From the NCBI GenBank assembly GCA_951406725.2, contig OX597827.1:38564001-38628000 (forward strand): a stretch of DNA of 64,000 bases. The letters are read 5' to 3'. This DNA is from Octopus vulgaris (Eukaryota). The position numbers and the translations under genes are program-made. Positions 12,660-24,860 of the stretch are shown here, one piece after another; positions within the stretch are counted from its first letter, which is position 1; each line of letters starts with the position of its first letter. Under the pieces are notes generated by a model. That model ran no database searches and was not told the origin of the DNA. It worked only from the letters and a program-made list of their open reading frames with translations.

Positions 12660-13484
12660 AAATTGCAATGCAATTGAAGCCATCTCTCAATATGAGAGTA
12701 CAGAATTCTCCTGATGCAACTTTCATGACCTGTCTGAGCAACATCGGATCTGGAAACTGTTCGTATATTGAACCACTGAGAAACACAATTCAAATTTGGC
12801 AGGAATTGATACTGGAAACTTCATTCCAGAATATGCACATTCGTTTTTGAGGCTTTAACTGAACAGTACAAAGACGCATCATGATTCATGAGCTGTTATA
12901 GCTTCTACCAATGAAGTGGTCAATAATGTTAATGGCCACATGATTAACAACTTCCCAGGAGAAAGTCAACAATCTAAGTTCAGACACTATAGTCGATGGA
13001 AATTGTCACCAGTACCCACAGGATTTCCGTAACAACTTGAATCCATCGGGACTACCTATGCATAGGATCTCACTGAAAAAGTACTGTCCTATAATGCTTC
13101 TACCAAATTTTGACCCTGCCAATGGACATTGTAACAGAACAAGATACACCGTCATGCAACTCAATTCTCACGTCATCGAGGCAGTAATAGCAATTGGCTC
13201 TCACAGTGGTAAGCGCCTGTTCATACCTCAGATACCACCGGTACCCTCCGACAACCAGTTTCCCTTCCAATTATGACACAGGCTAGTTTCCCATCAAACT
13301 AGCCTTCTCATTCACATCTAACAAGTTTCAGGGCCAGAATTTAGATCGTGTTGGTGTGTTTCTGCCCACTCCGATGTTTACACACAGCCAGTTTTATGTC
13401 GCTATGAGCAGAGCAACAGACTCAGCTAATTTGAAAATTAGTGTTGATCAAACACAAAATATCGTTTACAAAGAAGTTTTGTAA
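12660..13484 (+). mobile_element. Helitron RepHel fragment, Pif1-like helicase C-terminus, frameshifted
   Basis: LNMRVQ...LSNIGSG; LNPSGLPMHRISLKKYCPIMLLPNFDPANGHCN; then FPIKLAFSFTSNKFQGQNLDRVGVFLPTPMFTHSQFYVAMSRA...TQNIVYKEVL* (TAA at 13482-13484). Confidence 0.9.
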
Positions 13485-16400
13485 ACAATAATATCATGAA
13501 TATGTACTATATAAAGCCGTACATAAGTATAATCAAAACCAACCGTTATTTATATTTTGTTACATTTCTCATGTCATCTTTCAGTATAAATACATTCATA
13601 CTTCAAGTTGTTATTTTCCACCATCCTTTCATTTCCCATCGTAGATGGGTAGGATTGCTACTGAAATTGAAATTGAGTGACTTTGTGTGTTTGAGTTTTA
13701 GGTATATGTGTGTATGCGAAAGAAATCATCCACTTCCTTCGTCACCCCTTTTAGAAGTAATATGGAATTGCAATGTAAAAACCAAAACGATATCATTTGA
13801 TGACATCCTTTCTCTTTGATTTCATTGTCCAGATAATGTCAGTATGTCATGCCTATTCTTTCTTTCCCTTCGCCCTCATCTCTTCACTGACCAGTGGTGG
13901 CTCATAGATAAAATTAGTGGAGGTGCTGCTTCAGAAAATTTTCAGCCGTTGTTTTAATATTGTGTAAAAGGAAACAAAGAGATAGAATATTTATGCATTT
14001 GATCAGTTTGAATTTTAGCCACTGCTGGGTACTGTGTTTAATTTGCTCACTGAACACTGCCACAAATTCCCCCTTGTTTTTCAAAAATTCCCCCATAATC
14101 ACAAAATAGGTGGGATGGGGTACTGTCCTATTTTTCAAATCCTGGCAGTAACACTGAAACTGGAAGCTGGATAATAATCTAATTATATACTTTTTTTTTT
14201 AAGCACAATTCATGGGGAGTCAAAAAGAAACACTACCTTTCATTGCATGAACCACAGTGCTCTCTCTCCCTAGTGTGCAGCTTCCTATCTCAAACATGTG
14301 AGCATGCACACAACAGCCAAACACCGCATCGCTGGAACTGTGAAGTGCACAGTCCGGTAGAAGGAATTTTGTATTTTTTTCGTAAACTAGGGGATGGCTA
14401 CTGACATTAAGCTTAAGGATTATATAATGTACAAGTATAAAGAAAGAATTAAAGAAAAAAGGACTCATTATATTGAATGTTATTGATAATAGCAAGTGGA
14501 AATGGAGTGTGCTGCAGTTCTGCCACTGTCACTGACTGTTTCATTTATCTGTTCACATATGTGTTTGCAGGAGTGGCTCTATGGTAAGTAGCTTGCTTAC
14601 CAACCACATGGTATGGGTCGTACAAATCGTTACTGCTCTCTGAGATCATATGGGAGGGCCACATCTTGTTTGCGAGTTTCATTTTCAGCTTGGTTTCTAC
14701 AGCTGGATATCCACCAACCACTTCATAGGCTGTATTAAGTGCATTCTTCTTTGGCACTAGCTTTAGAGAGGGTCACATTTTCCACAAGGTAGTTAAGTAT
14801 GGGGATCTTCTCAATCTACACTTGGCAGTGTATTGGGTGCATTTTATCATGGTACCATCATTAGGAAGGATAGTGATGAAAGAGTGGTGGATAAATAGTG
14901 AGAGGAAGTGATGGACTTTGATAGTAAATGATCAAGGAACAGTACAGATAGTGTATAGGGTACATACAAGTTTGATGAGGTCCATTATGCATATAATTTG
15001 AGGTGGGTGAGAGAGCTAGAGTGATAAGAAAAAATGGAGAAGCGAATTGTCAGATAAAGGGTCAGTACTTGTACCAGTGCTGCATAAAAATATCTGGTTC
15101 ACTCTGTAAAGCGGTTAGCATTAGGAAGGGCATCTAGCCATAGAAACCATACCAAAACAGACATAATGCCTGGCCAGCTCCTGTCAAACTGTCTGACCCC
15201 ACAGACATGGAAAATAGACATTAAATGATGGTTGTGTGTGTTTTATTCAAAACATGTGCATTATATAGAAAACAATGAGTCCAGCAAAGCATTGTTTCTC
15301 TTTAGGACATGTGTACACACACACATTTGCTTGTCTTTTGACATCATTTTCCATTGATTTATTTTGCTGCTGCTTATTGTATACATTCGTTGTACCCATT
15401 TAAACCCTTTTTCTTTCTCCAAGGATAATTTTTTTGCCATCATTCTTCTTTCCTGACTAATTATTTTACCAACTCTACCTCCACACCCTCACAGAAATTT
15501 CCCCTCTCAGAAACGTTAGCACGCCGGTCGAAATGCTTAGCAGTATTTCGTCTGCTGCTATGTTCTGAGTTCAAATTCCACCGAGGTCAACTTTGCCTTT
15601 CATCCTTTCGGGGTCGATTAAATAAGTACCAGTTATGCACTGGGGTCAGTATAATCGATTCAATCTGTTTATCAGTCCCTGTTTGTCCCCTCTGTGTGTA
15701 GCCCCTTGTGGGCAGTAAAGAAATAGGTATTTCGTCTGCCTTTACGTTCTGAGTTCAAATTCCGCCGAGGTTGACTTTGCTTTTCATGTTTTCAGGGTTG
15801 ATAAATTAAGTACCAGTTACGCACTGGGGTCAATCTAATCGACTTAATCCATTTGTCTGTCCTTGTTTGTCCATTCTATGTTTAGCCCCTGTGGGTAGTA
15901 AAGAAATAAAAAATTTCCCCTCTCCTGATTCATTTTCTTCTCCTTATTCTTCCTTTCTCTCTGTTTTCTTTTCTTCTACTTCCCTTCTTATTCTCCTTTT
16001 CTCTTACTTTCATGCTGCCATGTTGCACTCTACAACTAACATCCCTTCCTACTTTATGCTTTACTCTTCTTCCCTCCTCCTTGCTTCATAATTCCGTCTT
16101 TACTCTTCTTTGGCTTCCCATCTCACACCTCCACCTAATGATCCTGCCCCTTTTATTACAATTGTTGAGTGGTTCTACAGAAGACACTCTGGCCAGGGCA
16201 TATGCAGTTATTGGACTCTATGCTGAAGCATTACCTTGAAGATAGTCAAGCAAATCAATCCCAGTATTTATTCTATGAGTCTCTGTTGCCACACTGCCTA
16301 GTTACAGAGACATAAACAACCCAACAGTGGTTGACAAGCAGTAGTAGGACACACACACACACACACGAGTGGCTTCCTCACAGTTCCTATCTACCAAATT

Positions 16401-17048
16401 TCACACACAAGGCATTGTTAGGCCCAGAGGTATAGTAGAAGATACTTGCCCGAGGTGCCACAGAGTGGGATTGAACCTGAAGAAAGCATGATTGCAAAAG
16501 CAAGCTTCTTAACTACTCGGCCATAAGTGCCCAAGATTGGAATCAGTTGCCCAAGATTGGAACTGAGAAACTCCAAGAATCAACTTGTGCAACCTCAGTG
16601 TTGAGCAAATGTTATTTCACTCTATTTAACAATATCAAGTACTTTTGTTTTCTTCCTCTCATTTCTTTTCAATTCACACTAGTCATGTTACTATCTAGTC
16701 TTACTAAATGGCAAATCAACCTCACTTCATTAGTATTACTATCATGGTAAAGTGTACTCGTTACACTCGGTAAATTAATCAGCAAACTAGCAGATGCAAC
16801 ATAAGGTTGATAGGGCCTTATGGTTTTATCAAGGACATGACAATCTCTCAACTGCCTGGTGTTGTTTGTGGAGATTACCTCTTTTTTTTCATTGATGGTA
16901 TCTGAATGCATGTGAATATATTCTACACTAACTGGTGCAGTCACCAATATCTGAGACACATTATTTTACTATGTTCTTATGTGTATGTGACTAACCCATG
17001 CTAGCATGGAAAAACGGACGTTAAACGATGATGATGATGATATATATA

Positions 17049-17811
17049 TTGGGTCATCCCATAAATAATGCAGTTGTTTTCAATTGCATCAACTTGCTTT
17101 AAAAGCGTGTTGTAATTTTACCATGTCCTTATTCTTAGTGCAAGTTTTGAAGAGTGCAGTTCAATTTTGAGTTATTTTTTCAAAGCTATAATGGGAGTGA
17201 CAATGCATATTCAGCATCTTTTGTTTTATGAGTTCAAGGCAACAATGCAACAGAAAGTGTGAGGAATATTAATGCAGTATATGGAGATCGGAGAATAAGC
17301 ATAAGCCAGTGTCAATGGTAGTTCCAGAAATTAAAAGCCGGAGACTACAGCCTAGAAGACCTGTCAAGCTCAATGAGGACATAGTGCAAACCCTGGTGGA
17401 ACAAAATCTCTTCGTAACTGTTGAGGAACTAGCAGAGAAGCTTGGATTTGGTCATTCAACTAGTTGTTCAAGTCAGCACTAGAAAAAATACAACTATCTT
17501 TGGTTTCAAGATGAAAGGTATTCTTCCTTCAGGATAATGCTCAGCCACATACAGTGAGGATGACATTCCAAAGGCTGGAGCAGTTTGAATGGGAAACGAT
17601 GCCCCACACACTATATTCACTGGAAATTGCCCCCAACTGATTATCAATTATTCTGCAGTCTTCAAAATCATTTGAACAGAAAAAATATGAATTCTGTAGA
17701 CGAGGTCAAAACAGTACTAGAGGAGTATTTTTTTTTTGTCGAATTTTGTTTATCTTAATTTCGAAAAATAAAAGAAGTATAAAAAACTACATTATTTATG
17801 GGATAACCCAA
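17049..17811 (+). mobile_element. Internally deleted mariner element
   Basis: TIRs ttgggtcatcccataaataatg and cattatttatgggataacccaa, with TA flanks. Remnants QDNAQPH, YSLEIAP and DYQLFCSLQNHL are decayed mariner HDNARPH and YSPDLAPSDYHLF. Confidence 0.88.
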
Positions 17812-17974
17812 TATTTCACATGACTAACTCCCATAACCATTAATATCTGAAATCTATTATGTTGTCATAGGTATTTTTATTGAAATCTTTCTTTCCATGT
17901 AGCTTGCTTCTTTTATTCAATTTTCTAGGTCACATTGTATAGGCTATGTTGAATAGAGTGGAATTGTAAATTTA

Positions 17975-18370
17975 ATGTTGCCGTCCTTGCTAGTAGGGTG
18001 CAAAGAGCACCATACGAGCATGATCATTGATAGAGCGGCTAACCGGCTTCCGTGCCAGTGTCACTTAAAGGGCACCATTCGAGCGTGATCGTTACCAGTG
18101 TTGCCTTACTGGCACCTGTGCTGGTGGCATGTGTAAAAGGATTCGAGCGAGGTCATTGCCAGTACCGCCTGACTGGCCCCTGTGCCAGTGGCACGTAAAA
18201 AGCACCCACTACACTCTCGGAGTGGTTGGCGTTAGGAAGGGCATCCAGCTGTAGAAACTCTGCCAAATCAAGATTGGAGCCTGGTGCAGCCATCTGGTTC
18301 GCCAGCCCTCAGTCAAAATCGTCCAACCCATGCTAGCATGGAAAGCGGACGTTAAACGATGATGATGATG
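17975..18370 (+). mobile_element. RTE-type LINE/SINE 3' end with (GAT)n tail. Other copies at about 15070-15230, 23073-23530, 25141-25460, 28735-29070, 30800-31050, 58200-58695, 59340-59810 and 62120-62250
   Basis: gagtggttggcgttaggaagggcatccagctgtagaaac...aacccatgctagcatggaaagcggacgttaaacgatgatgatg. The same 3' end is attached to RTE coding remnants at 19585-21430. Confidence 0.8.
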
Positions 18371-18379
18371 TTATATATA

Positions 18380-19579
18380 CAGGAGTTGGACAAAATAATT
18401 GGAACACGTGTTAAATTCAATGAATATGTATTTAATATGGAGTTAGCCCTCCTTTAGCTTTCTGAACAGCTTCGATGCATCTAGGAATTGATTGATACAG
18501 CTTTCTGACTTCATTGAGATTCATTCTTTTGCAAAAGCTGCTGTTGCAGACAGTGGAGGGTAATGACCTCTAACTTATTGCTCTAAAATGCACCACATAT
18601 GATCAATAATATTAAGATCTGGAGATTGACAGGTGTCACTCTGTGTTGTAGCTCACTACTATGCTCTTCATACCAGTTCTTAACTACATGAGAGGTGTGT
18701 ATTGGAGCATCATCATCTTGGAAACTGCACTTACCATTGAGGAATAATGTCTGGACGATGGGAAGGACTTGATTTCCAAAAATATTCAGATAATCATTGC
18801 TGTTGATCCTACTGTGCAGGGAAACGATTGGACCAAGAGAATTCCAAGAAATGGCTGCCCAAATCATCACAGCCCCTCCTCCATGCTTCACTGTAAGAAG
18901 AAAACAGTCAGGATTAAAAGCTTCCCAAGGCTGCCTGCATACATAAACTTCCCCTGCAGTGGGGAAAAGAGAACTAGACTCGTTTGAGAATATTACTTGC
19001 TTCCATTGGTCTGTTGACCAACTCTTGTGATTTCTACGCCAGTTCAGCCTTTTCTGAATGTTTTGATGAGAAAGCAGCGGTTTCCTGATGGCAGTTCTTC
19101 CGTGATATCTGGTTTTATTGAGCTCATGGCAAACATTTTTGGTCGAAACTGGACTAGTCAGATGTTGATTCAACTCTGCAGTCACTTTAGGGGCAGTTGT
19201 CCAGTGATTTTTTTTCATCACAATATGATTCAGTAAGCTTTGAAGTCCTGCCGGACTTACTCCTCCTGCTGGAAGATTTGCCCTGCTTCTCAAATTCACT
19301 CACAGTCTCGAAAAACCAAGGAGTTCGGTTGTTCTGTTGACAGAAGCTCCTGCCATTCGAGCTCCAACAATTTGCACTTTTTCAAATTCAGTGAGGTCAC
19401 ACATCTTAGCTTAATTTATACTACAATCTGAAAAAGAGATAGAAATGATCTTAAATTAGATAAATAAAACCATCTGCAAAAAAAAAAAAATGAAATTTGA
19501 ATGGATATTCATAATATAACGGCTCATTGAAATATTGGAGTTAAATTTCTAATGTTCCAATTATTTACTCCAATCCCTG
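18380..19579 (-). mobile_element. Tc1-family transposon with decayed transposase (ORF 18583-19299)
   Basis: 27-bp imperfect TIRs (caggagttggacaaaataattggaaca and tgttccaattatttactccaatccctg) and TA TSD. Motifs RKPLLS, WKQVIFSNES, TVKHGGGAVMIWA, FQDDDAPIH and a frameshifted SPDLNIIDHMW. Confidence 0.93.
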
Positions 19580-19733
19580 TATATTATCATTTAACATCCG
19601 TTGTCCATGCTGGCATGGATTGGCTGGTTTGACTGGGCTGGCATGCTAGAAGGCTGCACCAGACTCCAGTCTGATTTTGCTTGGTTTTCTATGGTTGGAT
19701 GTCCTTCCTTACGCCAACCACTCCAAGAGTGTA

Positions 19734-20232
19734 CAGTGATCCCTTGCTTATCGCGGTAGATTAGTTCCAAGACCGGTCACAATAACTGAATTTCCGCAAA
19801 GTAGAGACACCATATTTACAGTATTTATTTAACGTGTATTTGGACTTTTAAAACCCTCCCTGTACTGTTAACATCCCAGCCATTACAGTAGTTTATTAAT
19901 AACAAGGACAACTGTTAAGCAATCACACTTTAGATTAAAAAAATAAAAGATTGTTACTGTTACACAGGCCAGATTACAAAATACAAAGCTGTGATTCGTC
20001 ATCTCTCTCCATTGCACCAATCACAGCCTGTCTTAAGTTCAAATACCCCTGTATATGCTTTTTTGCTATTTTACGCTTGTTTTGTTGTTCCTAGACTAGG
20101 AGATAATATTTATTATTAATATTTTAATAGATTTAATGAAAAATTTTAGGCGTTCATATATATATATATTTTAAAAATCTGCAAAGTCGTGAATCTGCGA
20201 TAGTTGAACCGCAAAGCAGTGAGGGATCACTG
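19734..20232. mobile_element. pogo/Tigger-like MITE inserted at a TA inside the RTE 3' end
   Basis: TA-cagtgatccct...agggatcactg-TA. Removing it restores gagtgtaatgg of the RTE tail. Confidence 0.85.
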
Positions 20233-20362
20233 TAATGGATACCTTAACATGCCACTGGCACTGATGCCAATTTCCATGGCACCGGTATCTGTCATGGCTG
20301 CGATGTTGCTCGGCTTGATAGGTCTTCTCAACCACAACATAATACCAAAGGTCTCGGTCATT

Positions 20363-20935
20363 GCCTTTGTGAGGCCCAATGCTTGAAAGGAACTCAGCCA
20401 CTTTGCCTCCACGAGGCCCAACGCTCAAAAGGAACTCAGTCACTTTGCCTCCATGAGGCCCAACGCTCGAAAGGAACTCGGCCACTTTGCCTCCGTGAGG
20501 CCCAACGCTTGAAAGGAACTCGGCCACTTTGCCTCCGTGAGGCCCTACGCTCGAAAGGAACTCAGCCACTTTGCCTCCGTGAGGCCCAATGCTTGAAAGG
20601 AACTCAACCACTTTGCATCCATGAGGCCCAACGCTCAAAAGGAACTCGGCCACTTTGCCTCCGTGAGGCCCAACGCTCGAAAGGAACTCGGCCACTTTGC
20701 CTCCGTGAGACCCAACGCTCGAATGGAACTTGGCCACTTTGCCTCTGTGAGGCCCAACGCTCGAAAGGAACTCGGCCACTTTGCCTCCGTGAGGCCCAAC
20801 ACTTTAAAGGAACTCAGCCACTTTGCCTCCGTGAGGCCCAATGTTCGAAAGGAACTCGGCCACTTTGCCTCTGTGAGGCCCTATCCTCAAAAAGAACTTG
20901 GTCACTTTGCCTCTGTGAGGCCCAATACTTGAAAG
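20363..20935. repeat. 42-bp minisatellite, about 13-14 copies
   Basis: Unit gcctccgtgaggcccaacgctcgaaaggaactcggccacttt, head to tail with no spacers. Confidence 0.95.
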
Positions 20936-22267
20936 ACGTTCTTTACATGCCACCAGCATGGGTGCACTTGGCTTGACAGGTCCTCTCAAGCACAGCACAT
21001 CGCCAAAGGTCTCTGTCACTAGTCATTGCCTCTGTGAGGCTCAAAGTTCAAAGATCATGCTTCACCACCTTGTTCCTTGTCTTCCTGGGTCTACCTCTAC
21101 CACAGGTTCTCCCCACAATTAGATATTATCGCTTCTTTGCACTGCTGTCCTCCACCATACACATCACATTTCCACACCGGCACACTCATCTCTTTTGCAC
21201 ACCACATCTGATTCCTCTTATGCCTAACTTTTCTCTCTATGCTTACACTCTGTCAAACATGCACACTGACATTGCACATCCAGTGAAGCATACTGGCTTC
21301 ATTTCTTTCTCGCCTACGCATATCCTTGGCTGTCACAGCCCATGTTTCACTGCCATACAGCATATCTTTTTGCACACAGGCATCAAACAATCAGCCTTTC
21401 ATTCTGAGAGAGAGGTCCTTTGTTGCTAGCAGGGATAGGAGCTCTCTGAACTTGTATATATTTCTCATCATTATCGTTGTTTAATGTCTGCCTTTCATAT
21501 ATAAAAGGATTAGAAAACATTGAAAGTAATTTCCATAATAATAACAACGTCCACTTTTCTTCACTTGCATGGATTACACAGAATTCATTGAAGTAAATTT
21601 TCCACAACTGCATGCCTTTCCTGTCACCAACCCTCACCTGTTTCCAAGTAAAGCAATATTTCCCCATGTTTTCACAGAAAACAGGAAATAAATGACACTG
21701 CTTGTATGATAGTGAAACTCATTTATGTGCTGTCAAGGCAAAGAGTCACCAAGACACACACGATGGGCTTCTTTCATTTTCTGTCTACCACATCTGCTCA
21801 CAAGGCTTTTGTTGGCTCGTCGCTATAGTAGGTGACACTTGTCCAAGGTGCTATGTTATGGGACTGAACCCAGAAGCGTGTGGTTGGAAAGGAATCCTCT
21901 TAACAACACATCCATTGCATAACCTAATTTTCTTCATAATCTTTCATTTAAAAAAAAAAAAATGGTTTTCTGCTACTTTTTGAGATAGCCAAACTGACAC
22001 TGAAGTAAATAATCAACTCGTGAATATCTCAAACAAATGGGATTAAAACAGTGGCACTGAATTTTTCGATGGTTGGAATATGTTGGTTGAAGGAAGAGGA
22101 GGTGATGATGGCATACAGCAATAAAAATCTAATGAAGTACAAGCCTTTTCTATGCTTTACTAATTATCTTTGTTGTTGTCTGTCATCAAAACATTTCAGG
22201 GGTATGATTTTAATTTATAAAAAAATTTTTTTTTAATAAAAAATATTCTTTTTGTTACATTTTGCAG

Positions 22268-22399
22268 GCAAATGGCCAGAATTTGGAAGACAGAGCAGTA
22301 TTGAGTGCATATGGAGAGGAGGACCCATCTCAGCTGGTACATTTCTGTATCCCATACAACCATGAGTTTCATGTGCTACCAGAAAGCCAGTCAGCAGCT
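22268..22399 (+). CDS. SPPL2: SPPL2-like exon, first securely identified coding exon (ANGQNLEDRAVLSAYGEEDPSQLVHFCIPYNHEFHVLPESQSAA)
   Basis: tttgcag acceptor and GCT|gtaagc donor; 132 nt, phase 0-0. FCIPYNHEFHVLP resembles the SPPL2 N-terminal YCxxYNPxWxxLP motif. Confidence 0.88.
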
Positions 22400-22469
22400 G
22401 TAAGCTAACACTTTGTATCTTTTTTTGTAGCAGGTATTCTGAGAAATTTTACCTAGATTTGACATAAAA

Positions 22470-22870
22470 CTGAAATCACCATAACCATCACCACCACCAT
22501 CGCTACCGTCATCACCAACATCGTACCCATCACTACCATTATAGCTACCATAGCCACCACCACCATCATAACTACAATGAAGACCAACACCATATTAAAC
22601 TGCAAGGCCATTACTTCCCACATAACCACAACTATCATCATAATCACCATCATCATAACCACCATCATTATAACCACTGTCACCACCACCATCGTCATAA
22701 CCACAGCCACCACCATCATAACTACCACCACCGTCATAACCACCACCACCGTCATAACACCACCACCGTCATAACCACCACCACCGTCATAACCACCATT
22801 ATCGTCATAACCACCATTATCGTCATAACCACCATCATCGTCCTAACCACCATCATCGTCATCATCATCC
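22470..22870. repeat. Degenerate (ACC/ATC)n trinucleotide-derived repeat
   Basis: caccaccatcataaccaccaccaccgtcataac arrays. Confidence 0.9.
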
Positions 22871-23354
22871 TCATAGCCTTATTAGCATAAATAATAACAA
22901 TGTTGATGTAGTAGTAATTTGCTTAACAATTGACAAGCTGACATGAATACATAAATTAACTGATTCTGTATGATTTACGATGTTCTCTGTGTGTCTCTGC
23001 TGTTGTCTGATGGGATTTTGGCTCACATTAAGTGATCTTTGATGAGAATTTTGATAAGTTCAAAATTGTGTAGTCATCATCATTGTTTAACATCCACTTT
23101 CCATGCAGGCATGGGTTGGACAGTTTGACTGAGAACTGGTGAGCTTGGAGGCTGCACCAGGCAACAGTGCTGCATAACTGGCTCCCCATGCCAGTGGCAC
23201 GTAAAAAGCACCATCCAAATGTGGTCAATGCCAGCCCCCTCGCCCCGACAGGCTCCTGTGCCGGTGGCACGTAAAAAGCACCCACTACACTCTCGGTGTG
23301 GTTGGCATTAGGAAGAGCATCCAGCTGTAGAAACATTGCCAGATCAGATTGGAG

Positions 23355-23450
23355 CCTGGTACAGCCTCCTGGTGCAGCCTCCTGGTGCAGCCTCCTGGTG
23401 CAGCCTCCTGGTGCAGCCTCCTGGTGCAGCCTCCTGGTGCAGCCTCCTGG
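23355..23450. repeat. 13-bp tandem repeat (cctggtgcagcct), about 7 copies, inside an RTE tail copy
   Basis: Read directly from the sequence; the motif occurs once in other copies of the same tail. Confidence 0.93.
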
Positions 23451-23943
23451 CTTGCCAGACCCCAGTCAAACCATCTAACCCATGCCAGCATGGAAAACGG
23501 ATATTAAACGATAATAATGATGATAATGATATCTTATCAAAATTTCTAAGGTATTATTGGTTCCTCTACGAGTTTAATCAGTAGAGATGAGGCATTGCTT
23601 GTTCAACTACACAGTGTCCCCTCGAGCTAAAGAGAGTGTCCCCTCTTCTCCAATGGTTAAACTAAAAATGCTATGAACCAACAAGGGAACAAATAGCTAT
23701 ATAGTCTTTCAGCTTACCAGAAATAGTAGCCAAATCTTAAGCCTTAAATTAAACAAAACTGATTTGAATAAGAAAGGTCAGTTACATGAAACCCGAGAAA
23801 AAAAATTGCTAGAATGGAATGTTATTGACCATATATTTACTGTTCTGGGGCTAAACTGCAATGGGGATACTTTCTAAGATCTAAGTCTTTTCCAATCTAT
23901 TGTCAATTTTCTCTGAAGAATTTTTGTGTTTATGCCATTTCAG

Positions 23944-24132
23944 AAGTTCTACCGTCTGGTCGACTTCAGTTCAGCCACCGGGTGCTCCGAAGATACATAT
24001 GTTGATGCCAACCTAAGTCAGGCTGTGGTCACAGTGATGCGTGGTGATTGCAGCTTCTCCGTGAAAGCATCTATTGTTGCCAAACTTGGTGCTGTTGCCA
24101 TTATAAACATTTCACCAAGTAATGAAAGTCTG
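23944..24132 (+). CDS. SPPL2: SPPL2-like exon, protease-associated (PA) domain (KFYRLVDFSSATGC...VMRGDCSFSVKASIVAKLGAVAIINISPSNESL)
   Basis: tttcag acceptor and CTG|gtaagt donor; 189 nt, phase 0-0. Contains the PA-domain RGxCxFxxKA motif. Confidence 0.93.
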
Positions 24133-24480
24133 GTAAGTTCTTAATGTTTCTGTATTTCTAATGTTTCTATCTGTGAACGTTTTATTTTTGCTTCATTTGC
24201 AGTGTGTATGGGTGCAAGAGGAAGGAGGCAAGTATCCCATAGGCAGGCTAGTTGATTAGCCAGCCAACAAGCCATCAGTTCATATCCTGCCCCTGTTACT
24301 GTTTTGTATATCATAACTAAAATACTCCAATGTCTTAGTCTAGCTACCTGTAAATAGGTATAACAGAGTAGCCTACACAATGATACTGTAATAATGGGCA
24401 AGTAGTTCTTTAACTTGCGGTGTTGAGTTCTTTCTTGGATTCAGCCTAAGTAAATATTTAGAGCCCCACTGATCTCATCT

Positions 24481-24860
24481 AGGTGTGGCTGTGTGGTAAG
24501 AAGTTTGCTTCTCATCCACAATGCTCTAGGTTCATTCCCACTGTTCGATGCTTTGGGCAAGTGACTTCTACTATAGTCCTGGGCTGACCAAAAGTCTTGT
24601 GAGTGAATTTGGTAGATGGAAACCAAAAGAAGCCCTTTATATGTGTGTGTACATGCTTCCCCACCACTACTTGACAACCAGTGTTTGCTCATTTATATCT
24701 CTATGACTTAGTAATTCAGCAAAAAAGATATTAATAGAAGTACCAAGCTTTAATAAGTACTGGCTTTGATTTCTTCAACTAAACTCGTGATTTGTTCACT
24801 CAACTCACTGGTGTTTGGCTCCAGAATGGTCTCGGTTCAATGACTGAAACAAGCAAATGA
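24481..24860 (+). mobile_element. Second tRNA-derived SINE family. Other copies at about 1390-1870, 16255-16525, 21760-21910, 25560-26090, 52510-52965, 59815-60030 and 61760-62020
   Basis: tggctgtgtggtaag (A box), ggttcattccca (B box), gggcaagtgacttctactatag core and aatgactgaaacaag 3' end. Confidence 0.8.

Larger units (their letters stand above)
19585..21430 (-). mobile_element. 5'-truncated RTE-clade LINE with nested MITE and internal minisatellite
   Basis: Minus strand encodes YGSETWAV (about 21332-21358) and CGRGRPRKT (about 21078-21104). Its 3' end matches the RTE tail family. Confidence 0.85.

Noticed and set aside
16685-16750. MLLSSLTKWQINLTSLVLLSW as the signal-peptide exon
   Set aside because: Its donor is phase 2, while the exon at 22268 needs phase 0.
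20171-21019. Long overlapping ORFs, or a CRISPR-like array, in the 42-bp repeat
   Set aside because: Units are head to tail with no unique spacers and no cas genes. The ORFs arise because the unit length is a multiple of 3, and the array lies inside an RTE tail.
22453-22774. Thr/Ile-rich mucin-like and Val/Met-rich ORFs
   Set aside because: They come from an (ACC/ATC)n repeat starting about 70 nt into an intron, with no splice signals that fit the gene.
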